In this document: in pieces, positions 12,632 to 26,218 of the stretch
Position numbering within the stretch: position 1 is the stretch's first letter
How the letters are laid out: each line of letters begins with the position of its first letter
From: Octopus vulgaris
Lineage: Eukaryota
DNA: 64,000 bases
Direction: 5' to 3'
Assembly: GCA_951406725.2 (NCBI GenBank)
Contig: OX597823.1
Location: 5,952,001-6,016,000 of the forward strand
The notes under the pieces: generated by a model
Told to the model about the DNA's origin: nothing
Seen by the model: the letters and a program-made list of their open reading frames with translations, nothing else
The model's database searches: none
Made by a program: the position numbers and the translations under genes

Positions 12632-14552
12632 TATTCTTTCACAACAACTGTATTTTGTCTGTAGTCAACATTGCCTTGTATGTCTCATGCTCAATACAGG
12701 CAACAAATATGGAAAATCTGTGGAATTTCAGGAGGAATGAGTTGAATGGAGGGCTGGTGGGATTAGTCTTAGACGCAAGAAAGTCAAAATAGAAATGGTT
12801 TGGACATTAATGGCATCAGATGATAAATGGAGGAAAGATGATGAGACAGCTAGCATTGGTATGAACATATGATGCGAATGGATGATGCTGGCTGGGTGGT
12901 AGAAAAGAAGAGGGTTTTGTGTTGACTGGAGAAGGTAGAAGGTAGAAAAAAGGTTGAGGAAGACATAGTAAAAAGTGATGAGGTCAGATATGAGGAATTG
13001 GGACCCCCACAGATGAGATGGGAATTGGGGAAGTGATGACATGAGAAACTGCAGATGGCTCTTATCCATATACATATGAAGAATAATTTAAAAAAGGACT
13101 TTAAAATAATGATGGTGGTGGTGGTGGTGGTGGCTATAATGACAGTGATGATGGGGATGAAGATGATGATATTAATGGTGGTGGTGGTGGAGGTTGCACA
13201 GGTAGTTGGTGGTGGTGGAGACATTGATGACTACAATAATCCTGATGATGATGATGATATCTCAAAGTATTTAGTTACTCTAGTTTGTGAGAGAACTTTG
13301 GATAAAAGCAACAACAAAAACAAATGGATGAAAAATAAATAAATAAAATCTTGTATTTTGCACTTGAATCCTGACATCATTCTTTTCACTTATTTGACCT
13401 TTTCAACAACAAATCTACGAAATTTAATAAAAAGAACCAACAACAAACGACAAGACAAATAGGGGACACATCAGAAGTGAACAGTGTCACTGTTAACATA
13501 ATATTTGATGGTGGTACAGAAGACACAGACACATGGACAGTGTAAAAAAACTGCCTGCCTAGTCTGCTCAATTTTGGCTGGGAATATACAAGAAAAAAAA
13601 CTGTTTTCTCTATTTATGTGTTCAATATTTACTGAAATGTGAAGCTACAGTATAGCAAACATAAAACAAAAATGGTTGTGTTAATTCATAAAAAAAAGTA
13701 ATAACAAAAATGTTATATTTTGGATAGGTCATTTTGCCAATAAAAGCACATGCACTGGTTATATTTATTATCATCATCATCATCATTATTATTATTATTA
13801 TTATTATTAGTCAACTAATTCGTTCTAATTTTGGCACAAGGCCAGCAATTCTAAGAGGAGGAGAAGTCAATTACATCAACCCTAGGGTTCAACCGGTACT
13901 TTATTTTATCAACCCCAAAAGGATTAAAGGTAAAGTTGACTACTGCAGCATTTGAACTCAAACATAAAGAGTTTGAAAAATGCCTCTGAGCATTTTGTCC
14001 AGTGCAGTAATGATTCTTCTAGCTTGCTGCAATTAGTCAGCTAATTAAGTAATTTACTAATTGATTGCATAGCTGATTGTTTGATCTGCCAATCACTATG
14101 CTGGTTTATTTGAATATTTCCATTATTGTTGATGACATCATCCATGATGTTTCCGCATTCCTCCAGTTCCATCGTTTGCTGCACAGAAACTTAATAAGAA
14201 AAGCAATCACAAAAATACCAAATCAAGAAATTTTAATTAATTAATTAATTTTGGTAGGAGATTGGTAATTTTGATGGGAGGGGACTAATAGATGACATTT
14301 GACCTCAGAATGTGTTTCTTTATTTCATTGCCCCCCCCCCCTTCCCCGAACAGACAAAGCCAAAGTTGACCATGGCTTGATTTGAGCTCAGAATGTAATA
14401 AACCAGAAGAAATGCTACTTAGCAATTTGTTTGACGCACTTATGATTTTGCCAGCTTGCCTCCTTTGTTTCAAATTTTCGCACAAGGCAAGCAAATTTTA
14501 GGTGGAAGTGGTGTCAATAAAGATTTCTTTTATGATAATAATAATGATAATT

Positions 14553-14592
<40 letters not shown>

Positions 14593-14771
14593 AGGGTCAA
14601 GGCCTAAAGAGAAATAAATCTTTGAAGTGTTTTAATTTTATCAAAGAATTACGTGAAAGATGAAGAATAAATGAAAAAGACAAAACAGAACAAAACAGAA
14701 ACAAATAAAAAATGAGAATAAGATAAATAAATAGAAAATAAGTAAATAAAAGCTGCAAAAGTTTGACTGAC

Positions 14772-14817
14772 CTGAAAAAGGCTGTTTTATCCGCTGCATA
14801 GGAGCCAACTAAAAGAT
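14772..14817 (-). CDS. Integrin alpha exon: (D)LLVGSYAADKTAFF(R)
   Basis: ttttcggcag acceptor, gtcagt donor, 46 nt, phase 1-2. Confidence 0.94.
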
Positions 14818-15069
14818 CTGCCGAAAACAAGGAGAGTAAAGAGAGAGTTATTAAGAATGGTTGTTTATGTTAAACAAACTGTAAATACAGAAAACATAGG
14901 AACGAGAAGCGTGTGTGAGTGGGGTGGGTTTCATTTGGGTCATAAATATTAGTGAATAAACCCGTCTGTTAGAGACACTGAGCCAGATTTAATAGTTAAA
15001 GACATTAGTTTTTATGTAGACATCATCAAGTAATCTTGTTAACCTTGGTATAGTTAACGAATTTATGCT

Positions 15070-16820
15070 GACGATGCTTCTCTGCTTCAGGACTTCAGAG
15101 ATTTGACCTTCATTGGCTTTGTACCAAAATGAAGGTCCATTAGAAATACCAGCCACATCGATGGAGGGGCAGTACAAGTGTGGTCAGATGCGGAGGGTAG
15201 TGACGACTGTGCTAAATGTTCCTCCCTTCAAGAGATAAGGAATGGAAGAAAGTGGATAGACTCTAAGACAACAAAGAAGTTTGTGGTGTCCCCTAGAATA
15301 TTTGGTCACACACAGACCAGCAGGGAAAGACTTGAAAGCAAGGAGTTTGAAGCATGTTATGCCATGAATGAGAAGGAGAAAAGGATTGCAGTAACCAACA
15401 AAGGTAGAGAAAGAGGAGGTGAAAAGCCACTTTATGGAATTGGTACACTGGTATGAACAGGGAACAGGAGATTGTGGTTAGACAAAAGGTAGGATGTAGA
15501 GGTGCATGTCTTAGTGGTTAGAGTGTTGAACTCCTGATCATAAGATTGTGGTTTCGATTCCTGGACTGGGTGATGCATTATGTTCTTAAAACACTTCATT
15601 CCATATTTCTCCAGTCCACTTAGCTGGTAAAAATGAGTCACCCTGTGATGGATGGGTGCCCTGTCCGGGGAAGAATATATATATGCCAGAGAAACTGGGA
15701 AACTATCCCTGCATTCTTTGTCGGGTAAAGTGGACTAACAAAAGGTAAGATGGAAAGAACTTTGGTCATGGAAACTAGCCAGAATCAGTCTTTTGATTTG
15801 TTCCATCTTTGATGTGCTTCCTGGTTCTGCAAACTCAAAGCATTGGAAAATAAAGGAAAGTAGTATGTACAATTGTGGGAAAGCTAGAACAATGAGAGAC
15901 ACTCTCTGCAATTGGCCACTGGGTTTGGAACATAGATGCACATGGTGGCATAACCGAGTACTTAGAGTACTGGCTGATGCAGTGAATTAACAACAAGGAA
16001 AGACCACAGGTAGTGAACAGGGAGTGTGTCACCTGGGAGGGGATTGTGGTTAGACAATAGGTAGGATGTGGAGGTTAGAGTGGTTAGAGTGTGGGACTCA
16101 TGAGCATAAGATTGTGGTTTCAATTCCTGGTAGTGCAACATGGAAAGATGAAGTTTCACAGTGAAGGTGAACACTACAAGCCAGTCATTGAAATGAAGAA
16201 GGAGGATCCAAAAAGGGAGAGGGCTTAGGGTGGGGGTGAGGTCTCAGTTGACCTTGATGGTAAATATCAACTTCCCTCTTTATATGACCAAAAGACCCAT
16301 CCTTCTCATAGGGTGCAAAGAAGGGAAGGGGCCAAGATGGTTGAGCTGACAGCTTTCTGGGAAGTGAACACTGAGGAAAGACAGAAAATATGCAAAGAGT
16401 TGGTTGAACTCTGTGGAAACAATGGATGGGGAGCAATATGCCTTTTTGCTGAGGATTTGTCAGAAGCCAGGTTCATTCGATGCTCAGGAGTCTCAGACAA
16501 TGGGAAAGAGAGTAAAAATGTTGCTAGAAAATTGTTGGAAGCCTCAGAGAAAATAAGCCATGACATCTGGTTGAAAAGAGAGAGGTGAGTGGTGCAGCAA
16601 GAACGGGCATCGAAAATGGTAAAAACATGTGGCCCAGAATCCAAAGTCACAGCATCTGACTCAATGAAGCTGGTGTGTGAGAATTTTGTTGCCTGCTGTG
16701 ATGGGTGGCCCTGAGGAGGTCTGGTGTGACAGTGGACGATGCTAAATCATACTGAGATGTTTCATCACCGGATGAGACATCAACTCCCACATTTGGGGAC
16801 AAAGTGCTGCAGTATACTCA
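15070..16820 (+). mobile_element. Decayed Hero-clade (RLE-type) non-LTR retrotransposon 3' part, interrupted by tRNA-SINE pieces
   Basis: Peptides FDVLPGSAN..HW..CGK..T...WWHNRVLRVLAD and VELTAFWE...ELVELC..GW...LLEASEKISHDIWLKR resemble the Hero zinc knuckle and RLE domain; 3' hairpin gatgtttcatc-accg-gatgagacatc. Confidence 0.75.
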
Positions 16821-17014
16821 ACACAGAAATTTATTATAAATAACCCATGCTAGCATGGAAAACGGACGCTAAACGACGATGATGATGATGATGATGATGT
16901 ACTTAGCTCATGTGTGTGTGTGTGTGTGTGCCTAGTGTATGTAGGTACAGGCAAGAAGTTGAAGAGAATAATCAATACCAAAGAGTGAGAGAATTGTCTA
17001 TTTGTACTTTGCAG

Positions 17015-17312
17015 CAAGGTCGTTGCCAGTGCCACTGGACTGGCTCCTGTGCAGGTGGCACATAAAAACACAATTTAAGCATGACCGTTGCCAGTACCGC
17101 CTGACTGGCCCTCATACCGGTGGCATGTAAAAGCACTCACTACACTCTCAGAATGGTTGGCATTAGGAAGGGCATCCAGCAGTAGAAACTCTGCCAAATC
17201 AAGATTGGAGCCTGGTGCAGCCATCTGGTTCACCAGACCTCAGTCAAACCGTCCAACCCATGCCAGCATGGAAAGCAGACATTAAATGATGATGATGATG
17301 ATGATGATGATG
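17015..17312 (+). repeat. SINE family C (RTE-type tail)
   Basis: gtggcacataaaaa subrepeats, ggaagggcatccagc, tail ccatgccagcatggaaag...(GAT)n. Confidence 0.8.
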
Positions 17313-17764
17313 ATTATATTTAGGAATTTATGTAATTTCAGTTAGATTATTTACTTATTTATGATTAAGTTCACTCTTAAAAAGCGTTTTTGAAAAGCCT
17401 TAGCAGTTATATATTTTCAATTGATATATTTTGTGAAATACTGAAGCAGATATGTTGCTCTGATGAAGCATCATTACATATTTAAATGGTTTTGATTATT
17501 CTTGAAAAACTCTGTTTTATTAATAAAATGGAAACAGCTGTAATTTATGAGTTGTATCATTTGTTTGTATAAAATATTTAAATTGAATTGAATATATAAT
17601 TGTTAAATTTATTGTTTTGTTTTCCATTTCTTATATCTATATATTAATAAACTGTAGGTCTTTTTATTTACCTATTGGAATAACATTCTTATTGATGTAG
17701 GTAAATTCTTCAGATATTTAACACACCTTAGGTTAATTTTACACCTAGTTAAATTGTTATATAT

Positions 17765-18140
17765 GCCAGCACCGGTTGCCATTGTATTGTACCAAAGGTA
17801 CCGTCCACTCCATCTAAATTCAGGACCAGGTATTGCAATAGTCTAAGGTTCAAAAGCCCACAGCTTTTCAATGCCCTGCCACAAAAATTAAGTAATTTGC
17901 ATAATGTGGAAGTAGATGTCTTCAAAGAAGAATTAGACATCCTCCTCTCCACAATACTGGATGAACCAACAGAAGAGGGCAGTGGAATCAGACTCAATTA
18001 TACATCACATGTACCAACAGCTGGGAACAAAGCACATACAGGAGTGGTGATGTGAAACACCGAGACTGAGGAAGTCAGAAAGACCATGGTGGTGCTGCAG
18101 CATGACCACAGCCGCATGGCTGAAACAAGTGAAAGAGTAA
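17765..18140 (+). mobile_element. CR1/Jockey-group LINE 3' fragment whose tail matches SINE family A
   Basis: Encodes SLRFKSPQLFNALP...VDVFKEELDILLSTILDEP; ends ggtgctgcagcatgaccacagc...ctgaaacaagtgaaagag. Confidence 0.75.
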
Positions 18141-18333
18141 TATATATATATATATATATATACAAGTTGTTAAGTCTCTGTCCAGTCATAGAGTGACCAA
18201 TGGTTTTGCATCCACAAAGGGCTTAGACCCCTGAACGTTGTATCAGACTCAAAAGCTGAAAACTTTCAATGTTCACTTCCCAAGAAACTGTCAGCTTCAC
18301 CATCTTTACAACCTTCCCAAAGTTCTTCAGTTT

Positions 18334-18397
18334 TAGAGTCTGACGAGACATTCACGGGGCTAAGCCGTTTAAGGATGTGAAACCACTGGTCACCCTA
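18334..18397 (+). ncRNA. Putative type I hammerhead ribozyme
   Basis: UAGAGU-CUGACGA-G-ACAUUC...GGAUGU-GAAA-CC acu GG-UC/ACCCUA. Confidence 0.6.
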
Positions 18398-18703
18398 TGA
18401 CCAGACATAGTCTTAACTACATATAAATATGTTACTGCTCTATACTTAAGGGTGAGCTTCTTTTTGGGATATTGTTAAGTCCCATTATGACGATGTATTT
18501 TGTCGTCTCTGCAGGACTGGTGCAAACTGCGTACCTTCACCAATTGACATTACTGACTGAGTCAGTCCACTATTTATTAGTAGTGGACCAGCCCACTTCT
18601 CACCTGGGGATGTCCGCCAGAACAGATATATGATACACTGACAATACCACCCATGCTAGCATGGAAGGCAGACATTGAACGATGAAGATGACAATGATAC
18701 ATA

Positions 18704-18890
18704 CAGGGTGCGGCGAATGAATTGTCGTCTAATTTACGCAAAAATGAGAATAACACTGACATCTCATTTAAACAGATATTATTTACCAAAAGTATACAAA
18801 AATATCTTGAGATACTAAAGAGTAAATTTATTCAATAAAATCGCCATTGGTTTCAACCATGGCTTCCAGATGACTTTGGAATCTCCTGTA
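18704..18890 (-). mobile_element. 3' end fragment of the same DD37D transposon family
   Basis: Reverse complement matches about 39740-39919, including the TIR tacagggtgcggcgaatgaattgtc. Confidence 0.85.
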
Positions 18891-18996
18891 ACACTTGGTC
18901 TCAGGAGTACATACCTTGCTGTAGGCTCTGTCTTAGCTCTACCACCACCTCAAGGTAAATGAGTGATTTGATTGATTGACTGATTGATTGACATAC

Positions 18997-19087
18997 CTGT
19001 ATAGCCATTTCCATCTAAATCCATGCCACCTGATAAAGAATATCCAAATGTTCTTAGACTGCTTTTCAAGTTGCTGGCATCAATCAC
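18997..19087 (-). CDS. Integrin alpha exon: VIDASNLKSSLRTFGYSLSGGMDLDGNGYT(D)
   Basis: ttttcag acceptor, gtatgt donor, 91 nt; FGYSLSGGxDxDxNGYxD of blade 7. Confidence 0.96.
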
Positions 19088-19416
19088 CTGAAAATGAATA
19101 ATAAAACTGTTAATTAAAAGAAAAAAAGAAAACTGGTGAACGCAACATACATGTGGACACACGGACACACACACAGAGGCATAAAGAGGAAAGGAATAAA
19201 ATTATTGAAGATATTTAAGTATATAGCTTCCCCCTCCCCCCACTATGTCTTGTATATAAATTCCATCAGGGTTTGACTTCATCTTTTAACTCTCCAGGGT
19301 TTGATGGAATGAGTACAAGTAATACACTAAGGCATATTTCAAATGGCTGACTGAAAAGTCAATCGTGTGTGTGTGTGTATGTATACACACACACACATAT
19401 ATGTATGTATATATGA

Positions 19417-19775
19417 AGGCATAGGCGTGGTTATATGGTAAGAAGCTTGCTTCCCAATCATATGGTTCTGGGTTCAGTCCCACTGCAGGGCACCTTGGGC
19501 AAGTGTCTTTTACTATATATAGCCTTAAGCTGACCAAAACCTTGTGAATGGATTTGGTAAATGGAAACTGAAAGAAGCCTGACATATATATATATATATA
19601 TGTGTGAGTGTGTGTGTTTGTCTATTTTCTGTGTCTTTATGGCTTTGTCCCTACCATTGCTTGACAACTGGAGTTGGTGTGTTTATGTCCCCATAACCTA
19701 GAGGTTCAGCAGGGAGACTGATAAAATAAGTACCAAGCTTTAAATAAAAAGTGATGCACAGTTCCAGCACATGCC
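19417..19775 (+). repeat. SINE family A
   Basis: Same head, core and tail as 1986-2360. Confidence 0.8.
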
Positions 19776-20268
19776 CCATAATGCTACAACTTCTACTTCC
19801 ATGCTGGTGTGGGTTGGATGGTTTGAGAGGATACCATGGGTCCAAGGACTGCATTGTGCTCCCATATCTATGTATGCGTGCACACATGTACTGTCCTTGT
19901 TAATTTAATTAGCAAGAAATGGCTATTATGTAATTATATTAATAATATTTCTTCCAAATTTTGTTACAAGGCCAGCAATTTTAGTGGAAGAGGGCTTTGC
20001 TGATTTCATCAACTAATTTAATGTTGCCCTAATAATAATCTTTTCTTCTATAGGAACAAGGCCTGGAATTTTGGTGGAGAGGGCTAGTCATTTACATTGG
20101 CCCTAATATTCAACCGGCACTTATTTTATCAAACCTGAAAGGATGAAAGGCCAAGTTGACCTTGGCAGAGTTTGAACTCAGAATGCAGTGAGTTAGAAGA
20201 AATAACACTATAAACTACTATTTAATACTATTTTGTCTGGTGAGTAACAATTTTGCCAACTCACCAAC

Positions 20269-20321
<53 letters not shown>

Positions 20322-20977
20322 CAAAGAAAGAAAGAAAAAGTAAGGGAGCTGAAATTACAGTTGGAATCTAATCAAAATGCCAAGATTTTCTTTGTGATAC
20401 TAAGAAATTTGTGATTGCCTTTCCAACAGAATGATCTCTGTGAAGTGAGGGAACTTTGGATTTTTCTATTCAAAATGCCAAGATTTTGATTTCAGATATC
20501 AGAAACAAAATTTATTTTTGATTGAGGAGTGAAACACCATTGATTACTGCACATTTAGCATCCAGAGTAATTTGATATTTTAATGAAATTTATAGATAAA
20601 GAGGAAAGGAAATGGAAATAAATGGGAAAACTCCGCAAACTTCTGCTTTATAATTGTTTTAGTTTGAATGAGTCACTGAAGAGTTACTTCAGTTACCCGA
20701 ATAGAAAGATTGTGGGGAATGTAAATAGTAACTGTTTATCTATTTTATAGATTTATACAATTCTGTTTGTTTGTTTTATGCATGATATTTTTATTCCACG
20801 ATAGCATGGGTTAGATGATTGCATATTACCGATGCCTTATTTTAGCCAGCTACCATTCTTGCCTCTCACCTTTACCTGTTGTTCAAGCAAAGAATTTTTT
20901 GTTCTACAGGTGTTTGAAAGTATGGAATATAGACATTCATAAAAGATGTGTGAGCACACAAACACACATATTCGTGC

Positions 20978-21013
<36 letters not shown>

Positions 21014-21254
21014 AATTAGAGATTGTGTTAACCTCATGAAGGGATGGTTTCATCCAAGGGAATACTGGTTCAATACCTAGTAGTTTTTGGGAATTAATTT
21101 CCTTAAAATAATAGGTGCATATATAAAAACATATAGTTTATAGTCATATAAAAGAAGACGAAGAAAACAGAGACTGAGAAGTTAATAATTGTTTGTTATC
21201 AACAGCGAATTAATCATCTTTACTTACAGCTGTTTCAATTAACATATATATATA

Positions 21255-21715
21255 TCATCATCATTTAATGTCCGCTTTGCATGCTAGCATGGGTTGGACG
21301 ATTTGACTGAGGTCTGGCGAACCAGATGGTTGCACCAGGGACCAAGCTTGATCTGGCAGAGTTTCTACAGCTGGATGCCCTTCCTAACGCCAACCACTCC
21401 GAGAGTGTAGTGGGTGCTTTTTACATGCCACCTGCATGGGGGCCAGTCAGGCAGTACTGGCAATGACCTCGCTCGAATCTTTTTACACAGTGCCAGTGAA
21501 GTGACGTTGGTAACGATCACGCTCGAATGGTGCCCTTTTACGTGCCACGGATACGGAAGCCAGTTGGCCGCTCTGGCAACGATGACACTCGGATGGTGTT
21601 CTTGGCACCCTACTAGCACAGGCATGAGTGCCAGTAAGGCGACGCTGGTAACGATCATACTCAAATAGCCGCTCTGTCAATGATCACACTCGTATGGTGT
21701 TCTTTGCACCCCGCT
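21255..21715 (-). repeat. SINE family C
   Basis: Reverse-complement copy with internal subrepeats. Confidence 0.8.
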
Positions 21716-21718
21716 AGC

Positions 21719-21754
<36 letters not shown>

Positions 21755-22070
21755 TGAAGGCATGTAGCTTAGTGTTTATTCGGTTCATGATCATAAGGCC
21801 ATGAATTCAATTACTGGCAGTGTGTTGTGTTCTTGAGCAAGGCACACTCAATGTTGTCTCCAAGAGAGTACCTGTTTTTATATCTACAAACATACATTTG
21901 GTTATTTTGTTTGTCACCTGCAAAAGCCTTTCCTAAACCAAGGATTAAGCAAATCCAAAGAGACAATATTCTCAGCGTTGAATTATTGGATCCTTTATTT
22001 TTGATTGTCTTGAAAATGTTGGATCCCAGAAGCTGGGAACATGAGATTGTTGGCCTCTGAAGCTACTTAC

Positions 22071-22168
22071 CTGGGCAGGTTCAGTTTTGACACCCTTCAC
22101 AGATCCATGGTAAATATACACGGCACCTTTGCCATCTTTACCTCCGTAGGGAGCAGAAGTGGCAAAAT
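22071..22168 (-). CDS. Integrin alpha exon: (D)FATSAPYGGKDGKGAVYIYHGSVKGVKTEPAQ
   Basis: cttttccag acceptor, gtaagt donor, 98 nt; APYGG...GAVYIYHG. Confidence 0.96.
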
Positions 22169-22194
22169 CTGGAAAAGTAAAAAAAAAAAGTTAT

Positions 22195-22570
22195 TAGTTA
22201 TTGTAATTGTCAAGATCATGATGATAATGATGATGATGATTAGCATTGTTGCCATTGTTCCCCATCATCAACATCATCACTGTTGTCATTATCACCCTAA
22301 TGATGATGATCGCTAATGTTACCACTATCATCATCATCATCGACATCATCTTTACAAGCACCACCACCATCCTCACCATCACCATCATCATTACCATCAC
22401 CATCACCATAATTATCAAAATTGTCATTGTTGTTGCTGTGATCATCATGGTCATTATCAGTATCATCACCATCATCTTCAATATCACTATTGTTATCAAT
22501 ATTGTCATCATTATTGCTGTGACCATTATTATCACCATCAACGACCCTTGACCGTATCATCATCATCATA
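22195..22570. repeat. Degenerate (ATC)n low-complexity tract
   Basis: Direct inspection; source of spurious Ile/Met/Asp-rich ORFs. Confidence 0.9.
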
Positions 22571-23055
22571 GGTATCACTTTGCATCCGTTTTTTCCATGC
22601 TGGCATAAGATTGCCAGAGACTTCTTGAAGCAGCCCTGCACAGTAACTGGTTATATTCCAGGAACCAAATCCTATTTATTTCTTCCAACTAAGGCACTTG
22701 ATTCTATGTTTTCACCTATCAAAGCATCAAAGAGCCAAACTTTTTTTGTTTATGTAAGACTCAATCCAATTTCATTGCTGCTCAAAGACAACACACAAAA
22801 TACATCATTTTAAAGTTCATCTTTCCATGGTTGAATGAGTCAGATTTATTGAGGCAAATTCTGTATGACTGGGGGCCCTTCCTGTCACCAACCCTCAACA
22901 GGTTTCTGTTAAGGTTATATTTCCCCATGGCCTGACATATTTTCTTTGAAGATTGGAAAGATATGACACCATTTGTATGACAATGCAAACATACACAAAT
23001 AAAAATGCATTCACACCCTACCACAACATGCATAAACAAAACGGCTGGAACTCAC

Positions 23056-23164
23056 CATTGTAGCCATCAAAGTTGATATCCTTCAATTTGGCAAACGCCC
23101 AACCGAATCTACCCTTGATTGTTTTGCCTACAAGGATGTCTTTGTTGTTTTGGTGGAATGTATG
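23056..23164 (-). CDS. Integrin alpha exon: HTFHQNNKDILVGKTIKGRFGWAFAKLKDINFDGYN(D)
   Basis: tccttgcag acceptor, gtgagt donor, 109 nt; RFG and DINFDGYND of blade 6. Confidence 0.95.
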
Positions 23165-23395
23165 CTGCAAGGAGATAGATTAGTAAATGTTTAATTAGAT
23201 ATACCCATTAAAATAAGGATTATAAAAATTTTCTGATACCAGAAATTGTATCACAGAATCCTTTGGCTCTATGACACAACTTCCTGTTTTTAATACTTTT
23301 GTTACCGTATTTCTGCGGAGATGTTCTGTGTTTCTTTCAATTAATTTTAAACATAAAGAATTTAGTAAAATAACTTAGTTATCATTAAGCTAGTG

Positions 23396-23597
23396 CAGGT
23401 GTTTTCAACCAGGGTTCTGCCAGTACAGTCCAGGGGTTCCACAGGAAGTTACAAAAACTGCTAAAATCGGCAGTAATTTTTAATTTTCCTGTGCAGATAT
23501 GTGTGCATAAGACTATTAAATTATTGCACAGGGGTTCCTCGAGCCAGTGGAATGTTTCCTTGGGGTTCCGCTCCAGCAAAAAGTTTGAAAAGCACTG
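23396..23597. mobile_element. hAT-type MITE nested in a piggyBac-type MITE
   Basis: TIRs cag(g)tgttttcaa / ttgaaaagcactg; perfect 8-bp TSD AGCTAGTG at 23388-23395 and 23598-23605. Confidence 0.85.
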
Positions 23598-24247
23598 AGC
23601 TAGTGTTAGGAACATGAATTGTAACTAAAGTTTGGTGGAAGATTTTAATTCAGAACTTTTGAATATAAGACTTTTGTACTACAGAGCCAGAGACAGTTAC
23701 AGGTGGGATGGTATCAAAAGGGTTAAACCAATGTAACTCTTTAGCATTCAGATATCTCTGTCCCATGTAATACTCATTTATTCAAATGGATATCAATTGA
23801 TTATGCATTATCTTGTAGCTTCAAGTTATTGATTATTTTTAAAATGACATTGTAGGGGAAGTGTGAGAGAGCCAGATTTGGTCAGTCAGAAAATAAAACA
23901 GGTAGGTTATTTTGGCCGGCTTGAATGTTAAAGGGTTAAATTAAAACTTAAGGTAGCAAACTGGCAGAATTATTAGTACATGAGATAAAATGCTTAGTGG
24001 AATTTTCTCTCACTCTTTACATTTTGAGTTCAAATTGCACCAAGGCCAATTTTGCCTTTCATCCCGTCTGGGTTCATAAAACAAAGAAACCATCACATAT
24101 GCTAGAATGAATGGTTTGCTGTTGTCTACTCCACAAAATTATGAAGTAAAAGATTTATTTAGAAAGTTTGGTGTTGGTTCCTGACAACTAGCTCAACCAA
24201 AATACATCAAGCTGAGTTTCTCAATGAGATATGTATCATCATTATGG

Positions 24248-26218
24248 TCATCCCTCAAAGCATATGTAATCTGGTTGACTGACCAGGCAGTTCCCGTTGG
24301 GCTTCCCAAGAAGAAGAAACACAAGCCCTGGGTGACGAAGAAGGTTAAACGAGAACGTCGACTCAGAGATATTGCTTGGGCTGAATTAAAAAATCTGGAT
24401 TCGACTGCAGCTTTTGAGGTGTACAAAACTCAACGAGACCGAGCCGTGAAAATTGAAAAGAAAGAACGCTTCAGTTATGAATACAAAATCGCGGCAAATG
24501 CCAGTAGCAATCCAAAAACCTTCTTTGCCCATGTCCAGCAGAATTCCCGCTTGAACAACCAGATTGCAACGTTGGTAGACTCAACAGGCGTATCGATTGA
24601 GGACCCTTATCAACAGAGCCAATTATTTGCCGAGGCTTTTTCAACTATTTTCAAACAAGATGATGGTCGTGAACCCTCTCCATTTGATAGATCGGTACCT
24701 CCAATGCTTCGATTGGTCATCACGCGGGACGAAGTCAAACGTGTTATTCAAGGCCTCGATGTCAACAAGGGTCACGGCCCTGACGGCATACACCCACGGG
24801 TTATCAAAGCGTTGGCTCCGGTCATCTGCGAGCCCTTAACACGTCTATTCAATATGTCATTGGCGACGGGTGTTATACCTGCAGACTGTAGAACAGCGAT
24901 AATCTGCCCAATTTTCAAGAAAGGGAGCCGCGAAGACCCGCTTAACTACTGACCGGTTTCCCTTACATCAATAATCAGCAAGATGTTCGAAACCATCCTT
25001 AAGAAAAGTATGATGCTCCACCGCCTAAACACAGCCTCTATCTCTGATTCCCAACACGGCTTCGTGCCGAAGAGATCATGCTTGACCAACTTACTAGTAA
25101 TGGAAGAATTGGTGACGCGCATCCTCGATAGTGATGCTGTTGACATCGTTTTATTGGACTTTGCCAAAGCTTTTGACTCGGTAAACCACCGCCTATTACT
25201 TGTCAAGCTTCAAGCATATAGTTTCCATCCGGATATTATTGTACGATGGGTTGGTGCCTTCCTCTCAGATCACTCCTTCCAAGTCCAAGTTAATGGTTCG
25301 CGGTCTGACGTCTCCAGTGCGAGCAGTGGCGTGCCTCAAGGTTCAGTGCTTGGGCCCTTGTTGTTCTTAGTCTTCATAAATGACTTGCCCGACGACCTCA
25401 CGCAACACACCCTTCTATTTGCCGACGATATCAAACTGGTCGCTCCTCGCAGTGATATAGAGGATCTTCGTCGATGCCTCCACCAAATTTGGAAGTGGTC
25501 TAACGATTGGGACCTGTGTCTGAACGTGTCAAAGTGCTGTCATCTGCCTGTTGGCTCTCCTCCTGCAACTCAACTTGATTTCGAGCCGGGTCGTCTGCTG
25601 CTGGAGAGGACCGATCAGGTAAAGGACCTGGGTATCTTGGTGGATTCCTCCTTTTCGCCTTCGGCCCAGTGCATCCATGCTGCCAACAAAGCACGTGGAA
25701 TTCTGTTCTTGATTCGACGGTCATTCGGAATGCTCACAGCAGCCATATTCCTACCACTCTATGTCACGCTGGTGAGACCCATATTGGAGTATGGCATTCA
25801 AGCCTCTTCTCCTTATCTCCTCAAAGACATACAGCATCTCGAAAGAGTCCAGAAGCTGGCTACCCGCATGGTTCATGGTCTCAAAAATTTGTCCTACGAA
25901 GAAAGGCTGAGGACGCTCGACCTTTATTCTCTTGAAAAACGCCGCCGCCGTGGTGATCTCATTCTCGCCCACAACATCATAAGCGGAAAGTGTAACCTCT
26001 CGAAAAAGCTGTTCTTCACTCCTGCTCCAGAGCGTCGGCTGCGGGGTCATTCCGAAAAGCTCTACCTGCGACGATTTCATCTCAATCGAAGGAGAGGAGC
26101 TTTCTCCGTCCGGGTTGCGGATCCGTGGAACAAGCTGCCAGACGAGATGGTGAAGATGCCGACGACCGCTTTGTTCAAAGCCTCCCTGGACCTCAAGTGG
26201 CCTGAACTCTTTACATGA
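24248..26218 (+). pseudogene. LINE ORF2 reverse transcriptase, truncated, with one in-frame stop at 24950-24952
   Basis: ORF-track 242 aa + 411 aa pieces in one frame; endonuclease domain missing. Confidence 0.9.
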
